Both the position numbers and the translations under genes were made by a program. Below, in pieces: positions 19,437-29,689 of a DNA stretch of 64,000 nucleotides (positions within the stretch are counted from its first letter, which is position 1; each line of letters opens with the position of its first letter). The notes beneath the pieces are model-generated. The model worked only from the letters and a program-made list of their open reading frames with translations, made no database searches and had not been told where the DNA came from. This DNA is from Candidatus Poribacteria bacterium (lineage in GTDB: Bacteria > Poribacteria > WGA-4E > WGA-3G), in assembly GCA_964291315.2 (NCBI GenBank), contig OZ219753.1, forward strand, positions 2,816,001 through 2,880,000, written 5' to 3'.

Positions 19437-20543
19437 ATGGCATCACAAAATGAACTGCGATCACTGCTAAGAGCGCCCATCGCTTTAGCGCCGAATACCT
19501 ATTTGCATTTCTATAATGGTGGGAGGCTTCGTGCCGAGTTTATGGGTGAACCGGATCCGAAAGATGACTACTACTCTGAGGAATGGATCTTTTCCACGAA
19601 CCGAGCGATTACGCCGGGGAGAGATAACCCGCCTGACAAGGGTTTCAGCCGTATAGAACTTCCGAGTGGTGAGGTTGTTTTATTGAAGTCCCTGTTAGAT
19701 GCGTTTCCAGAGGAGACGCTTGGTGGCTCGCATGTTTCCAAGTACGGCACGGATCTCGGGGTGCTGCTCAAGATTTTTGATGTGGGTGAGGGTGCGCATA
19801 TCCCTATCCATTGGCACCCGGATCCTGATTTTTCGAAGGAGCATCTGAATTCACCTTTTGGGAAAAATGAGGCGTGGATTTTGATCGGCACACGGCCGGG
19901 GGCGAAAGCCTGGATAGGTTGGAAGGAAGCGATGAACAAAAGAGAATTTCGCCGTCTGATGGAGGCGCAAGATGTGTCGACTCTGCGGAGCCTCATGCAT
20001 GTTGTCGAGCCGAAGGTTGGAGAAGTCTATTTTCTACGCACGCCAATTGTCCACTCGCTCGGGACGGGGCTCTGTGTGCTTGAGCCTCAGGAACCTACTG
20101 ATTGGAATATACTTGCAGAATGGGAAGGTTTCCCGTTTGAAAGAGAAGATGGGCATCTGGGTCTGGGATGGGATCTAGCAGTCGATGCCGCTGAGTTTGA
20201 TAAATTGGAACTTGAGTATTTGAACAACTATATCCGGCGGAGTCCGGAGCTGGTTCGGGCGGAAGGCGACAACCGTGAGGATCGGATTGTGCCAGCGGAA
20301 GCGTTGCAATTCTTTGGATGCTCACGTCTGACGGTGAATTCGACACTGAGCATGCCGGCAGATAAAGGTTTCTACGCCCTCGTGACATTGGGCGGTGAAG
20401 GGGTGCTGCGCGGCGATTTTGAAGATGTGCTGCTCAAGCGCGGCAAATCTGCATTTATTCCGCGGTGCTTGTCTAGTTATGTGATTGTCAACACGGGTGA
20501 TACGCCGATGGAAATTATCTGTTGCTATCCGCCGAGTGTTTGA
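19437..20543 (+). CDS. Class I mannose-6-phosphate isomerase-like cupin protein
   Basis: SEEW, LLKIFD, IHWHPD, GKNEAW, VHSLG, EPQEPTD. Confidence 0.82.
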   Translation: MASQNELRSLLRAPIALAPNTYLHFYNGGRLRAEFMGEPDPKDDYYSEEWIFSTNRAITPGRDNPPDKGFSRIELPSGEVVLLKSLLDAFPEETLGGSHVSKYGTDLGVLLKIFDVGEGAHIPIHWHPDPDFSKEHLNSPFGKNEAWILIGTRPGAKAWIGWKEAMNKREFRRLMEAQDVSTLRSLMHVVEPKVGEVYFLRTPIVHSLGTGLCVLEPQEPTDWNILAEWEGFPFEREDGHLGLGWDLAVDAAEFDKLELEYLNNYIRRSPELVRAEGDNREDRIVPAEALQFFGCSRLTVNSTLSMPADKGFYALVTLGGEGVLRGDFEDVLLKRGKSAFIPRCLSSYVIVNTGDTPMEIICCYPPSV

Positions 20544-20762
20544 GTAAGGTTCTATGAGAACCGTATACCTTGTTGTATGTACAACCTATAAGAGAGAAAA
20601 AAGAAAAATGGTGGAGTCGATAACCTGCGAGCTTGAAGAAACAGCAGTTCGGGGTTTGGTTAGCGGTATATTCTAGTTGTGCTCTGCCTGAGCGGCGCGG
20701 TGAATGAAGGGTGGGACGGCATTCCTGCTGAGCAAAGCTGCGCCTATAATTTGGAGGAAAAC

Positions 20763-21677
20763 ATGGCAAAAAAATTGTCCATTGGAAGTTGGGCTTATAC
20801 GCTCGGCCCTTATGAAGATAATCCTGTGCCGTTTGACTGTGTCGTCAAAGGTCTCAGCGATCTTGAATTTGACGGCATTGAAATCGGTGCGTTTAAACCG
20901 CACATTGATATTAACGACTATCCGATGAAAAGCGATCGGGATGCTGTCAAAGGTTTAATCGCGTATTATGGTTTGGAGGTTTCCGGGCTGGCGGCGGATT
21001 TCTGGTCGCATCCCGGGCCTGCTACGGATGAAGCACAGGAAGGGGATAGATATTACAACCTCTTCAAAGAGAGTCTCCAGCTTGCGCTTGATCTCGGTTC
21101 GCCCTCGATTCGCGTGGATACAGTGACTGATGCTGAGGAAGAAATTCCGGGCGTGAGTCGGCAGGAGGCGTGGGATAGGATTGCTGCTGTCTGGAAACGC
21201 TGTGCACAGGTTGCTGAAGACCATGGTGTGTTGATGCTGTGGGAATTTGAACCTGGGTTTCTGTTCAACAAACCCAGCGATATTATTAATATGCCGAAGG
21301 CTGTAGATCATCCGAATTTCAAGGTGATGTTTGATACGTGCCATGCGCAGATGTGCGCTGTTGTCGGTTCTCGGCAAGTGGGTGAACAGGAAACGCTTGG
21401 TGATAACGGTGTGATAGAGCTTGCTCGTCAGCTGAAGGGGCAAATCGGTCACTTCCATCTGATTGATTCTGACAATACGCTCCACGACGACCATACCAGC
21501 ACGCATGCGCCTTTCGGCGACGGTGTGCTCGACTTCGACGCGATTGTTCCGGTTATCATGGACGAGACCGGCTACGATGGCGATTGGTTCTCCATTGATC
21601 TCTGTTTTTGGCCCAACGCTTGGGACGTTACAGAGGCCGCGAAGAAATTCCTGACCCCCTATTTGGAAAGGTATTAG
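20763..21677 (+). CDS. Sugar phosphate isomerase/epimerase (xylose isomerase-like TIM barrel)
   Basis: FDGIE, WEFEPG, MFDTCH, HFHLIDSD, HAPFGDG; ATG at 20763 after GGAGG. Confidence 0.88.
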   Translation: MAKKLSIGSWAYTLGPYEDNPVPFDCVVKGLSDLEFDGIEIGAFKPHIDINDYPMKSDRDAVKGLIAYYGLEVSGLAADFWSHPGPATDEAQEGDRYYNLFKESLQLALDLGSPSIRVDTVTDAEEEIPGVSRQEAWDRIAAVWKRCAQVAEDHGVLMLWEFEPGFLFNKPSDIINMPKAVDHPNFKVMFDTCHAQMCAVVGSRQVGEQETLGDNGVIELARQLKGQIGHFHLIDSDNTLHDDHTSTHAPFGDGVLDFDAIVPVIMDETGYDGDWFSIDLCFWPNAWDVTEAAKKFLTPYLERY

Positions 21678-21688
21678 CGGGTGAAATA

Positions 21689-21800
21689 GCAATCAGCTGT
21701 CAGCAAGGAGGCAGTTCAGTAGCGATCCGATCCAACTTTGAATATTCTAAGAGACCGCGAATTGTGCTACAAGAACCGCTCTTAACTGACAGCTGATAGC
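21689..21800. repeat. ~112-bp MITE-like stem-loop element with heptamer-based terminal inverted repeats
   Basis: GCAATCAGCTGTCAGCAAGGAG ... CTCTTAACTGACAGCTGATAGC (18/22 complementary), plus an inner pair GCAGTTCAGTAGC / GCTACAAGAACCGC. Confidence 0.65.
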
Positions 21801-21811
21801 GAGTAAAAGAG

Positions 21812-22690
21812 ATGCTTAACTTGCGTTCACTGGATTCCCTAATTGATTTGGCGTTTGAGGAAGACATCGGCAGTGGCGACATAACGACAGAGGCAACGGT
21901 GTCGGCTGTGCAGGAAGGTATGGGAGCGCTACTTGCGAAGAGTGCCGGTGTTGTTGCAGGATTGCCGGTGGCTGAGCGAGTCTTCGCGAGATTGGATTCG
22001 GCGTTGAAATTTCGCTCATGCGTCAGTGATGGGGATTCGGTAAATGCGGGCACCGTGATTGCGGAAGTAAAAGGCAGCGCTAAAAGTATTCTGATCGGTG
22101 AGCGGACTGCGCTTAATTTTCTACAACGGCTTTCAGGGATAGCGACGCTCACAGCACGTTTTGTGGAAGCAGTGGCTGACTATGATACTAAGATAGTGGA
22201 CACTCGGAAGACGGCGGCTGGCTGGCGCGTTGTTGAAAAATATGCTGTCCGTGTTGGTGGCGGTTCCAACCACCGGTTTGGTCTTTACGATGGGGTGCTC
22301 ATCAAGGATAATCACATTGTTGCTGCGGGCGGCGTTCACAACGCCGTGCGGCGTGCGCGGGAAACTGCGCCGCATACAGCGAAAATAGAGGTCGAAGTTG
22401 AGACAGTTGAACAGGTAGACAAAGCTCTTCGAGCGGGTGCGGACATTTTGCTGCTTGACAATATGCCTGCGAGTCTCATACGAGGTGTTGTTCAAGAGGT
22501 GGGCGATCAGGCGATGACTGAGGCGTCGGGTGGCATTACGCTTGAAGGCGTACAGGCTGTCGCAGCGACAGGCGTGGCTCTGATTTCTGTTGGTGCGCTA
22601 ACGCACTCGGCAATGCCGATGGATATTAGTCTAACTTTGACGCTCGTTGAAGCGTGCCGCAAGGTCTCGGATAAGAAACGACGTACATGA
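21812..22690 (+). CDS. nadC: Nicotinate-nucleotide diphosphorylase (carboxylating)
   Basis: [46 protein letters not shown]. Confidence 0.96.
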   Translation: MLNLRSLDSLIDLAFEEDIGSGDITTEATVSAVQEGMGALLAKSAGVVAGLPVAERVFARLDSALKFRSCVSDGDSVNAGTVIAEVKGSAKSILIGERTALNFLQRLSGIATLTARFVEAVADYDTKIVDTRKTAAGWRVVEKYAVRVGGGSNHRFGLYDGVLIKDNHIVAAGGVHNAVRRARETAPHTAKIEVEVETVEQVDKALRAGADILLLDNMPASLIRGVVQEVGDQAMTEASGGITLEGVQAVAATGVALISVGALTHSAMPMDISLTLTLVEACRKVSDKKRRT

Positions 22691-22713
22691 AAACTACGTG
22701 TGAAAGGAAGATT

Positions 22714-23634
22714 ATGGCAACCACTGCATTTAAGAAAATTGAGCCTACGACGACAAAACTGGGTTGGATTGGCACTGGCGTAATGGGTCGTTGGATGTGT
22801 CAACATCTCATGGATTTAGGATATGGGATGACGTTGTATAACCGGACGCGGGCGAAAGCGGATCCGCTTCTGGCGGCAGGTGCGACGTGGGCAGATTCGC
22901 CGAAAGATGTTGCTGCGGTTTCGGATATTGTGTTCACAATTGTCGGATTTCCGCCTGATGTTCGAGAGGTGTATCTTGGAGATAATAGCATCTTGAAAGG
23001 GGCAAAACCCGGAAGCATCATCGTTGATATGACGACTACGGAGCCCTCTCTCGCTCAGGAAATTTACGCGGCAGCAGAGACACAGGGTGTTGCATCGGTA
23101 GATGCTCCGGTGTCGGGAGGTGATGTGGGTGCTCGGGAGGCGCGCCTCTCGATCATGGTTGGTGGAGACGAGGCTGCTGTACAAGCGGTGATGCCTCTCT
23201 TTACAGCGATGGGTAAAAATATTGTCTACCAAGGCGGTGCGGGCGCGGGACAGCACACTAAGATGTGTAACCAAATTACGATTTCGGGGACAATGATCGG
23301 GGTGTGTGAAGGGTTGATTTACGGTCATAAAGCGGGTCTAGATCTTGAGACGATGCTGTCATCAATTAGCGGGGGAGCTGCCGCCTGTTGGTCTTTGGAT
23401 AACTTGGCGCCCCGGGTTCTACAACGGAATTTTGATCCCGGTTTCTTTGTAGAGCATTTCATCAAAGATATGAGCATCGCTCTGGATGAATCTCGGAAAA
23501 TGAACCTCAGCCTACCGGGATTGGCGTTGGTGCATCAACTTTACACGGCCGTACAAGCACAAGGACACGGCAGGTTGGGTACACAAGCGCTGATGTTGGC
23601 GCTGGAACAGATGTCGGGCGTGGAAACGGACTAA
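22714..23634 (+). CDS. NAD(P)-dependent oxidoreductase, 3-hydroxyisobutyrate dehydrogenase / tartronate semialdehyde reductase family
   Basis: [26 protein letters not shown]. Confidence 0.92.
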   Translation: MATTAFKKIEPTTTKLGWIGTGVMGRWMCQHLMDLGYGMTLYNRTRAKADPLLAAGATWADSPKDVAAVSDIVFTIVGFPPDVREVYLGDNSILKGAKPGSIIVDMTTTEPSLAQEIYAAAETQGVASVDAPVSGGDVGAREARLSIMVGGDEAAVQAVMPLFTAMGKNIVYQGGAGAGQHTKMCNQITISGTMIGVCEGLIYGHKAGLDLETMLSSISGGAAACWSLDNLAPRVLQRNFDPGFFVEHFIKDMSIALDESRKMNLSLPGLALVHQLYTAVQAQGHGRLGTQALMLALEQMSGVETD

Positions 23635-23867
23635 CCTGCTATCTGATGTTATCGCGTACTCGCCTCCTTGTTGCATTCATAGAGGAGATACTCCTATAGG
23701 CCCAGAGGTTCACAGAGAGCCTCCATTAACAGAGCTAAGATATCTCTTGTTGCAACTGCATGGAGCGGGAATACCTCACAGGCTCTATTAGACATAAGCG
23801 TGTCGGAGATAAAAGCAGTTAGAAAGCGCAAGGCCTGTATGTAAGAAGGAAACAGGCAGCGGCTGCG

Positions 23868-23912
23868 GTTAAAAACGTTGGGGGGTGGAACGCCCGTTCC
23901 ACCCCCCAACGT
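23868..23912 (-). terminator. Strong intrinsic terminator after the lamin-tail gene pair
   Basis: 17-bp perfect stem ACGTTGGGGGGTGGAAC-GCCC-GTTCCACCCCCCAACGT followed by a T-run on the minus strand. Confidence 0.8.
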
Positions 23913-23964
23913 CTTATTAGTTGATTTGTAAGGTTAGCTTGTCTATTTCTAACCACCGTGTCTG

Positions 23965-26727
23965 CTATTTGTCAGACGATTTTAACTCTCCCCACCGCGT
24001 TGTGAGTTTGCCACTCGCAGAGACATCCCCACGCAGATGCGTCGTCCGGAGCGTCGTACGCACCCCGTCCATAGAGACGTCTTCTATCTGGTAGTAATAC
24101 ACCACGTTGGGTTTCGCAGTGGTATCTGTGTAGGTATAGACGTGCTTCTCGGAGGTCGTGCCGTGCCCCGCAATCAGACCCTCGGCGTTGATAGCCTTGA
24201 ACTCGCCCGTCTTGCTCTCGCTGCGCAGGATATTGAACCCGGCGTTGTTGAGCTCGGACTGCGTTACCCAGCTAATCTCAACGTGTCCTGTCGAGACGTT
24301 GCGCACCGGGCGGAAACTTGAGAGTGAGACGGGTAGCGGTCCGCCGAGACGGTAGCCGGGGGTGCCGATATCGCTTCGCTGCCCGTAGAAGGTGAGCGAG
24401 GCACCTGCCAGATCCGAGTGTCGCCAAGAGGCTTCCATCGTGCCATTATCTGCATTGTGCGGTCCAGAACCCTCTGTCATGTCGTTGAACACACCGCCAT
24501 AGACCCGCACAATAGAGGTACGCAGCTCACCGCTTCCGGGCAGATCCCACATCTTCGTGCGTGAAGTGCCGTCTACCTCAAGGTTGCCGGCTGCGTCCAT
24601 AAGCATCGGATCGCCACCGCTGACCTTCGCCCGCAGCTCCAAATAGAAACCTTCCGCATTCAGCAGCTGCCGACCAGACGTTGTCAACCTGAGATCGCTG
24701 CGGTGCTTCTCCAACAAGTTGTAGACATAGTTATCCGCAACATCGTTCGCAGCGCTGCTTGAGACGAGCAGCAGCGTCTGATTCGGCGGGATATACGCCC
24801 CTGCCTTAAAGGTGAGGGTTGCGTCGACATACAAGCTGCCTGCCTGGTTGCGGATATCTAACTCCCACCCTTCAAGGTTCACCGTATCGGTCATAGAGCT
24901 GTTGTAGAGCTCTATCCACTGCACCAAGTTCGAGCGCGGACCCGCATCATACATAATCTCGCTGATGCTCACTTTGCCATCAAACGTGTAGTCGCCCTCG
25001 GAGACGTTGTTCACCGCCATGTTCGGATACCCCGGCGTGCCGGGGGAGGTCGCTGTGTCAAGAGATTTGTCTTTGCCGCGGTCGTAGCCAGTGCCGATGA
25101 ACCCGAACGACTGCCAGTCGTCTTTGTGGACGCGGTTCGCACGAGACTTCGCGCCGTACATGCCCTGCGAATTGATCTGCACACCCCGACCGAACGACAT
25201 ACTTGTAGAGGCGAAGGTATTCATGCTACCGAAGTCCTCAACGTCTCCCGGGGACATCCATCCCACGAACGGCCAGACATCTGTATTGAACTTCCTATCT
25301 TCCATCCGTGTAAAGAAACCGTTGCCCGCATAGTCTATGACATTATCCGCCGTTTTCAGCTTATCTTTTGCGTTGCGCAGCAGGATCAGGAACTTGCCTT
25401 CAGCGGGAAGTTTTAGGTCTTCCGCAACCACATACTTGTGCGTGGCACCCGTGTTGACATCCGATTCGTCCAAGAGGCTCTGAAGGTTCGTACCCCCAGC
25501 GAACTTAATACTTCGCCCCGGGTCTCGGTTGTAGACCACTAGATACTCGCCCGGCTTCATACTGTATTTCGGCAGCACCGCGAGGCTGGTGTCCGTGAAG
25601 TTGGCATCCCCGGACTGGTGATACCCGCTACCGTCCGTCATCATCTTGCCCATCACCAGGCTTAGCTGATAGTTTTCTATATTCACGGAGGCATCCGAGG
25701 CACTATCGCTATTATAGAACAGCTCTATCCAGTCCAAGTTCTCATCTGAAGAGTCGTTTCGCACCTCGTTGATGATAATACCGGTAGGTGAGATAGCCGC
25801 AGGTTTCATATCAAACTTGACGACAGAGGGACCGCCCACAGGCACGTGAACGCTGCCTGGGGACCCGATGTACTGACCCTCGATGTTAATCGAGCCGACG
25901 GAAGCCTCCCAGGACCCGGGGTCATCGCCCTCTCCGAGTCCCTTCAGTTTTCCGTTTTCATAGGCATACGCCTTGCCTGTGGCATCCAGTTCGATCTTCC
26001 GATACATAGAGACCATGGGTGTGGGAGCTATGCCCTTCTCTGTGTTGCCGTCGGTATCGCCGTTGCTGCCTTTCAGCTGCCACTTCCGCCCAAAACGATC
26101 GACCGTGTGTACACGATCCAGAACGACATACTTTTTCAGGACGCCACTTTCAGTAACCTCAAACATCTCCCCTGCGCGATACGCTAGACGGTCAGGAAAA
26201 TATCTAGTATTGTGCATGCCGATGCCATCGTTCTTTTTCATAGCGCCTTGGCTGTAGAATTCAATCCACTGCGGATTATCTGCGGTATAGGCTCTTGAAG
26301 GGTTATCTTCTCCCCACATTATTTCGGTGATAACGATTTGGTGCTTGAGCTTCATCGCCTCCTCCGCTGTCGGATTAGGTTTCAAGGTATACTCATTGCC
26401 CTCGGTATCAAACTGAGCTTGTGTTGGCGCTCGCACTGTAATGATAATCCCATGACCGCCTTCGAGTCTATTCCGTAGGTCACCGAAAGGTTGGCTATAA
26501 TTGTTGGCCGTTGTGCCGTTTAACTTCCCTGTTGCTGCGTCCGTGATGCCGTTATTAGCAGAGACCGTTGGATCCGCGGTAGATTTCGCCCAGATAAAAA
26601 ACGTTTTGGCTTTAAGGAGGTGGGTTTGGGTACCTCCCGTCACAATGTTAAGCGCGGAAGCCTGGGGTGTTGCGAAGAGACACACAAGCCCTAATACTAC
26701 CAAAACTCTCATTTTATTCCATAACAT
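23965..26727 (-). CDS. Large secreted protein with three lamin-tail-like domains, paralog 1
   Basis: Signal peptide; IVITEIMW..QWIEFY, IIINEV..DWIELF and VSISEIMY..QWIELYN, each closed by (G/S)(S/T)PG; PLPVSLSSF module; GKLTTRWGELK tail. Confidence 0.85.
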   Translation of the reverse strand: MLWNKMRVLVVLGLVCLFATPQASALNIVTGGTQTHLLKAKTFFIWAKSTADPTVSANNGITDAATGKLNGTTANNYSQPFGDLRNRLEGGHGIIITVRAPTQAQFDTEGNEYTLKPNPTAEEAMKLKHQIVITEIMWGEDNPSRAYTADNPQWIEFYSQGAMKKNDGIGMHNTRYFPDRLAYRAGEMFEVTESGVLKKYVVLDRVHTVDRFGRKWQLKGSNGDTDGNTEKGIAPTPMVSMYRKIELDATGKAYAYENGKLKGLGEGDDPGSWEASVGSINIEGQYIGSPGSVHVPVGGPSVVKFDMKPAAISPTGIIINEVRNDSSDENLDWIELFYNSDSASDASVNIENYQLSLVMGKMMTDGSGYHQSGDANFTDTSLAVLPKYSMKPGEYLVVYNRDPGRSIKFAGGTNLQSLLDESDVNTGATHKYVVAEDLKLPAEGKFLILLRNAKDKLKTADNVIDYAGNGFFTRMEDRKFNTDVWPFVGWMSPGDVEDFGSMNTFASTSMSFGRGVQINSQGMYGAKSRANRVHKDDWQSFGFIGTGYDRGKDKSLDTATSPGTPGYPNMAVNNVSEGDYTFDGKVSISEIMYDAGPRSNLVQWIELYNSSMTDTVNLEGWELDIRNQAGSLYVDATLTFKAGAYIPPNQTLLLVSSSAANDVADNYVYNLLEKHRSDLRLTTSGRQLLNAEGFYLELRAKVSGGDPMLMDAAGNLEVDGTSRTKMWDLPGSGELRTSIVRVYGGVFNDMTEGSGPHNADNGTMEASWRHSDLAGASLTFYGQRSDIGTPGYRLGGPLPVSLSSFRPVRNVSTGHVEISWVTQSELNNAGFNILRSESKTGEFKAINAEGLIAGHGTTSEKHVYTYTDTTAKPNVVYYYQIEDVSMDGVRTTLRTTHLRGDVSASGKLTTRWGELKSSDK

Positions 26728-26757
26728 TATTTTTGTTCTCCTCTGTTATTGGTGATG

Positions 26758-26797
26758 CAAGCTTGACACATATTCGCATAAATATGTATCAAGCTTG
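26758..26797. promoter_or_regulatory. Intergenic stem-loop between the two lamin-tail genes
   Basis: CAAGCTTGA-C-ACATATT / AATATGT-A-TCAAGCTTG: 17-bp arms with one mismatch. Confidence 0.55.
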
Positions 26798-26815
26798 TGT
26801 TATATGTTGTGTCTG

Positions 26816-29689
26816 CTATTTGTCAGACGATTTGAGCTCTCCCCACCGCGTTGTGAGCTTACCCCTCGCAGAGACATCGCCCCGCAGATGCGTCGTCCGT
26901 AACGTTGTGCGCACCCCGTCCATAGAGACGTCTTCTATCTGGTAGTAATAGACCACATTCGGCTTCGCAGCGGTATCTGTGTAGCGATACACATGCTTCT
27001 CGGAGGTCGTGCCGTGCCCTGCAATTAGACCCTTGGTGTTGATAACCGAAAACTCACCCGTCTTGCTCTCGCTGCGCAGGATATTAAACCCGGCGTTGTT
27101 GAGTTCGGACTGCGTTACCCACGTAATCTCAACGTGGCCTGTCGAGGCATCGCGCACAGGCCGGAAACTCGAGAGTGAAACCGGCAACGGACCACCGACC
27201 CGATAGCCGGGGGAACTGATATCGTCGCGGTGTCCGTAGTACGTCAGCGAGGCACCTGCTAGGTTTGACTGCCGCCAAGAGGCTTGCATCAACCCATTAT
27301 CGGGATTCGAACCGCCTTTATACGTGCGGGTGATAGACATCCGCATCTCACCGCGCTCGGGCAGATCCCAGGCGTGGGTGCGCACCGTCCCCGCTATCTC
27401 AAGGTTGCCGGCTGTGTCCACAGCTATCAACGCCGAGTCACCGGCTTTGTTGACCTTCGCACGCAGCTCCAGATGGAAGCCCGCCGCACTCAGCAGCTGC
27501 CGACCCTGTATTGTCAAACCCAGGGCAGTCCCGTGCCTCTCCTGCAAGTTATAGATGTAGTTCTCCGCTACATCGTTCGCACCATTGTTCGACACCAGCA
27601 GCAACGTCTGATTCGGCGGCAGATACGTGTCCGCAGCAAATGTGAACTTCGCATTGACATACGAACCTGTCACTGTCCGCTCGTTGCGGACCTCTAACTC
27701 CCAGCCCGCAAGGTCTATGGTCTCGCTCATAGAGCTGTTGTAGAGCTCTATCCACTGCACCAAGTTTGAGCGGGGACCCGCATCATACATAATCTCGCTG
27801 ATGCTCACTTTGCCATCGAAGGCGTAGTCATCGTCAGTCGATGCGGTGTTTTTGTCATCCGCGATCATACTCACCCCTATGTTCGGGTACCCGGGCGTGC
27901 CAGGGGCACTCGCTGTGTCAACCGTTTTATCGCGCCCGCGATCGTAGCCGGCACCCATGAAACCGAACGTCATCCAATCGTCTTTGTGAACGCGGTTCGC
28001 ACGAGACTTCGCCCAATACATGCCCTTCGAGCTCAACTGGGCCCCCCGACCGAACGACATACTCGTAGAGGCGAAGGTGTTCATGCTACCGAAGTCCTCA
28101 ACGTCTCCCGGGGCAGACCACGCTACAAACGGCCACACACTTGTATCGAACTTCTTATCTTCCATGCGCTTGAAGAAACCGTTGCCGACGTAGTCCTTGA
28201 CGTTTGACGGCTTGCCAACGTCATCGGCATGATTCCGTGTGCGCAGCAGGATCAGGAACTTGCCTTCAGCGGGCAGCTTCAGGTCTGTCTCGACCACATA
28301 CTTGTGCGTGGCACCCTTTTTGATGTGCGTTTTCGCAGAGAGATCCTGAAGTTTTTCACCGCCAGCAAACGTAACACTCTTCCCAGGCTCCCGGTTATAG
28401 ATCACGACATACTCGCCCGGTTTCATCTCGTATTTCGGCAGCACCGCGAGTTTGGTCTCCGTGAAGTTGGCATCGCCCGACTCGTGATAGCTCCCATCAG
28501 CCTTCATCTTCCCCATCACCAGGCTCAACTTATAGTTCTCTATATTCACGGGCTTGGCTTCGGGATCATCACTGTTATAGAAGAGCTCTATCCAATCCAA
28601 GTTCGCACTTGAGGGATCGTTACGCACCTCGTTGATGATGATGCCTGTAGGAGAGATAGAGGCGGGGGTCATATTGAACAAAGCTGCACCCGGTCCACCC
28701 GGATTAAGCGAGTGAACGTCCCCCGGACTCGCTATGTAATTACCCCTGAGGATATACTTACCCTTATATTTAGATGCCTCCCAGGAGCTTGCTTCGTTGC
28801 CTTCCCCGAGGCCCTTCGGTTTTCCGTTTTCATAGGCATACGCCATCCGCGTGGCATCCAGCTCGATCTTGCGATACATGGAGACCATCGCATTGGCTGG
28901 ATCGCTTGTATCCCTACCATCCGTAGGTGTATCAGTGAGATCCGCTTCGGTAATGGTAGAGGGATCCGCGTTGTGGTCACCATCGGCATCGGCAGTATCG
29001 CCATCCGCACCTTTCAGCTCCCACGGGTTACCAAAACGATCGATCGTGGCGACACGATCCAAAACAACAAACTTGCGGTCAGCTGTGCCCGCATTATTAT
29101 CAGCGTCCCACATGAACGTCTCGCCCGGTTCGGGGACAACGGCTTTGTCTAAACGGGGATGCGTGTGCCATCTGATATAATCGTTGGCTTTCAAAGCGGC
29201 GCCAGCGTTATAGAGTTCAAACCATTGGGCACCGGTTCTGCGCGGGAAATCCGTTCCCCAATTCACCTCGGTGATGACGATGCGGTGCTTCATCTTCATC
29301 AGATCCGCATCTGAGGCGTCGGCTTTCAGGGTATGGTTGGCAGCGCCATCGGTGGTAATTTCGGCTGCTAGCGGCACCCGCATTGAGATTGTGATTGCGC
29401 CGCCGCGCACCAGTAAATCCTTCAGGTCTGGCAAATCAGGGATCGCCCGCGCATGTACAGTGTGCTCTATACGCTGGTTAGCGAGTTTATCCCTGTACGC
29501 TGAAAACTCGGGATAAACGAGACCGTAACCCTTCATAATGATCGTAAAGCCCTTGGATTTCTTGAGTTCAGTCCACAGCGTATAGCTAGCCCGGCCATCC
29601 CCTGGGCCAGTGACACCAAAAGCGTGTGTGGTTGCAAAAATAGATACGAGTGCTAAGACTACGAAAATTCTAATTTTATTCCATAACAT
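26816..29689 (-). CDS. Large secreted protein with three lamin-tail-like domains, paralog 2
   Basis: Same architecture as 23965-26727 with a near-identical C-terminal ~120 aa. Start placed at MLWNK by paralogy; the ORF extends to 29698. Confidence 0.85.
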   Translation of the reverse strand: MLWNKIRIFVVLALVSIFATTHAFGVTGPGDGRASYTLWTELKKSKGFTIIMKGYGLVYPEFSAYRDKLANQRIEHTVHARAIPDLPDLKDLLVRGGAITISMRVPLAAEITTDGAANHTLKADASDADLMKMKHRIVITEVNWGTDFPRRTGAQWFELYNAGAALKANDYIRWHTHPRLDKAVVPEPGETFMWDADNNAGTADRKFVVLDRVATIDRFGNPWELKGADGDTADADGDHNADPSTITEADLTDTPTDGRDTSDPANAMVSMYRKIELDATRMAYAYENGKPKGLGEGNEASSWEASKYKGKYILRGNYIASPGDVHSLNPGGPGAALFNMTPASISPTGIIINEVRNDPSSANLDWIELFYNSDDPEAKPVNIENYKLSLVMGKMKADGSYHESGDANFTETKLAVLPKYEMKPGEYVVIYNREPGKSVTFAGGEKLQDLSAKTHIKKGATHKYVVETDLKLPAEGKFLILLRTRNHADDVGKPSNVKDYVGNGFFKRMEDKKFDTSVWPFVAWSAPGDVEDFGSMNTFASTSMSFGRGAQLSSKGMYWAKSRANRVHKDDWMTFGFMGAGYDRGRDKTVDTASAPGTPGYPNIGVSMIADDKNTASTDDDYAFDGKVSISEIMYDAGPRSNLVQWIELYNSSMSETIDLAGWELEVRNERTVTGSYVNAKFTFAADTYLPPNQTLLLVSNNGANDVAENYIYNLQERHGTALGLTIQGRQLLSAAGFHLELRAKVNKAGDSALIAVDTAGNLEIAGTVRTHAWDLPERGEMRMSITRTYKGGSNPDNGLMQASWRQSNLAGASLTYYGHRDDISSPGYRVGGPLPVSLSSFRPVRDASTGHVEITWVTQSELNNAGFNILRSESKTGEFSVINTKGLIAGHGTTSEKHVYRYTDTAAKPNVVYYYQIEDVSMDGVRTTLRTTHLRGDVSARGKLTTRWGELKSSDK

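Noticed and set aside
20955-21692. 245-aa minus-strand ORF
   Set aside because: Antisense shadow of the epimerase gene, with no recognisable motifs.
23640-23865. ncRNA or small CDS in the gap between the dehydrogenase and the terminator
   Set aside because: No recognisable RNA family or credible RBS; the 71-aa ORF runs through the terminator hairpin.
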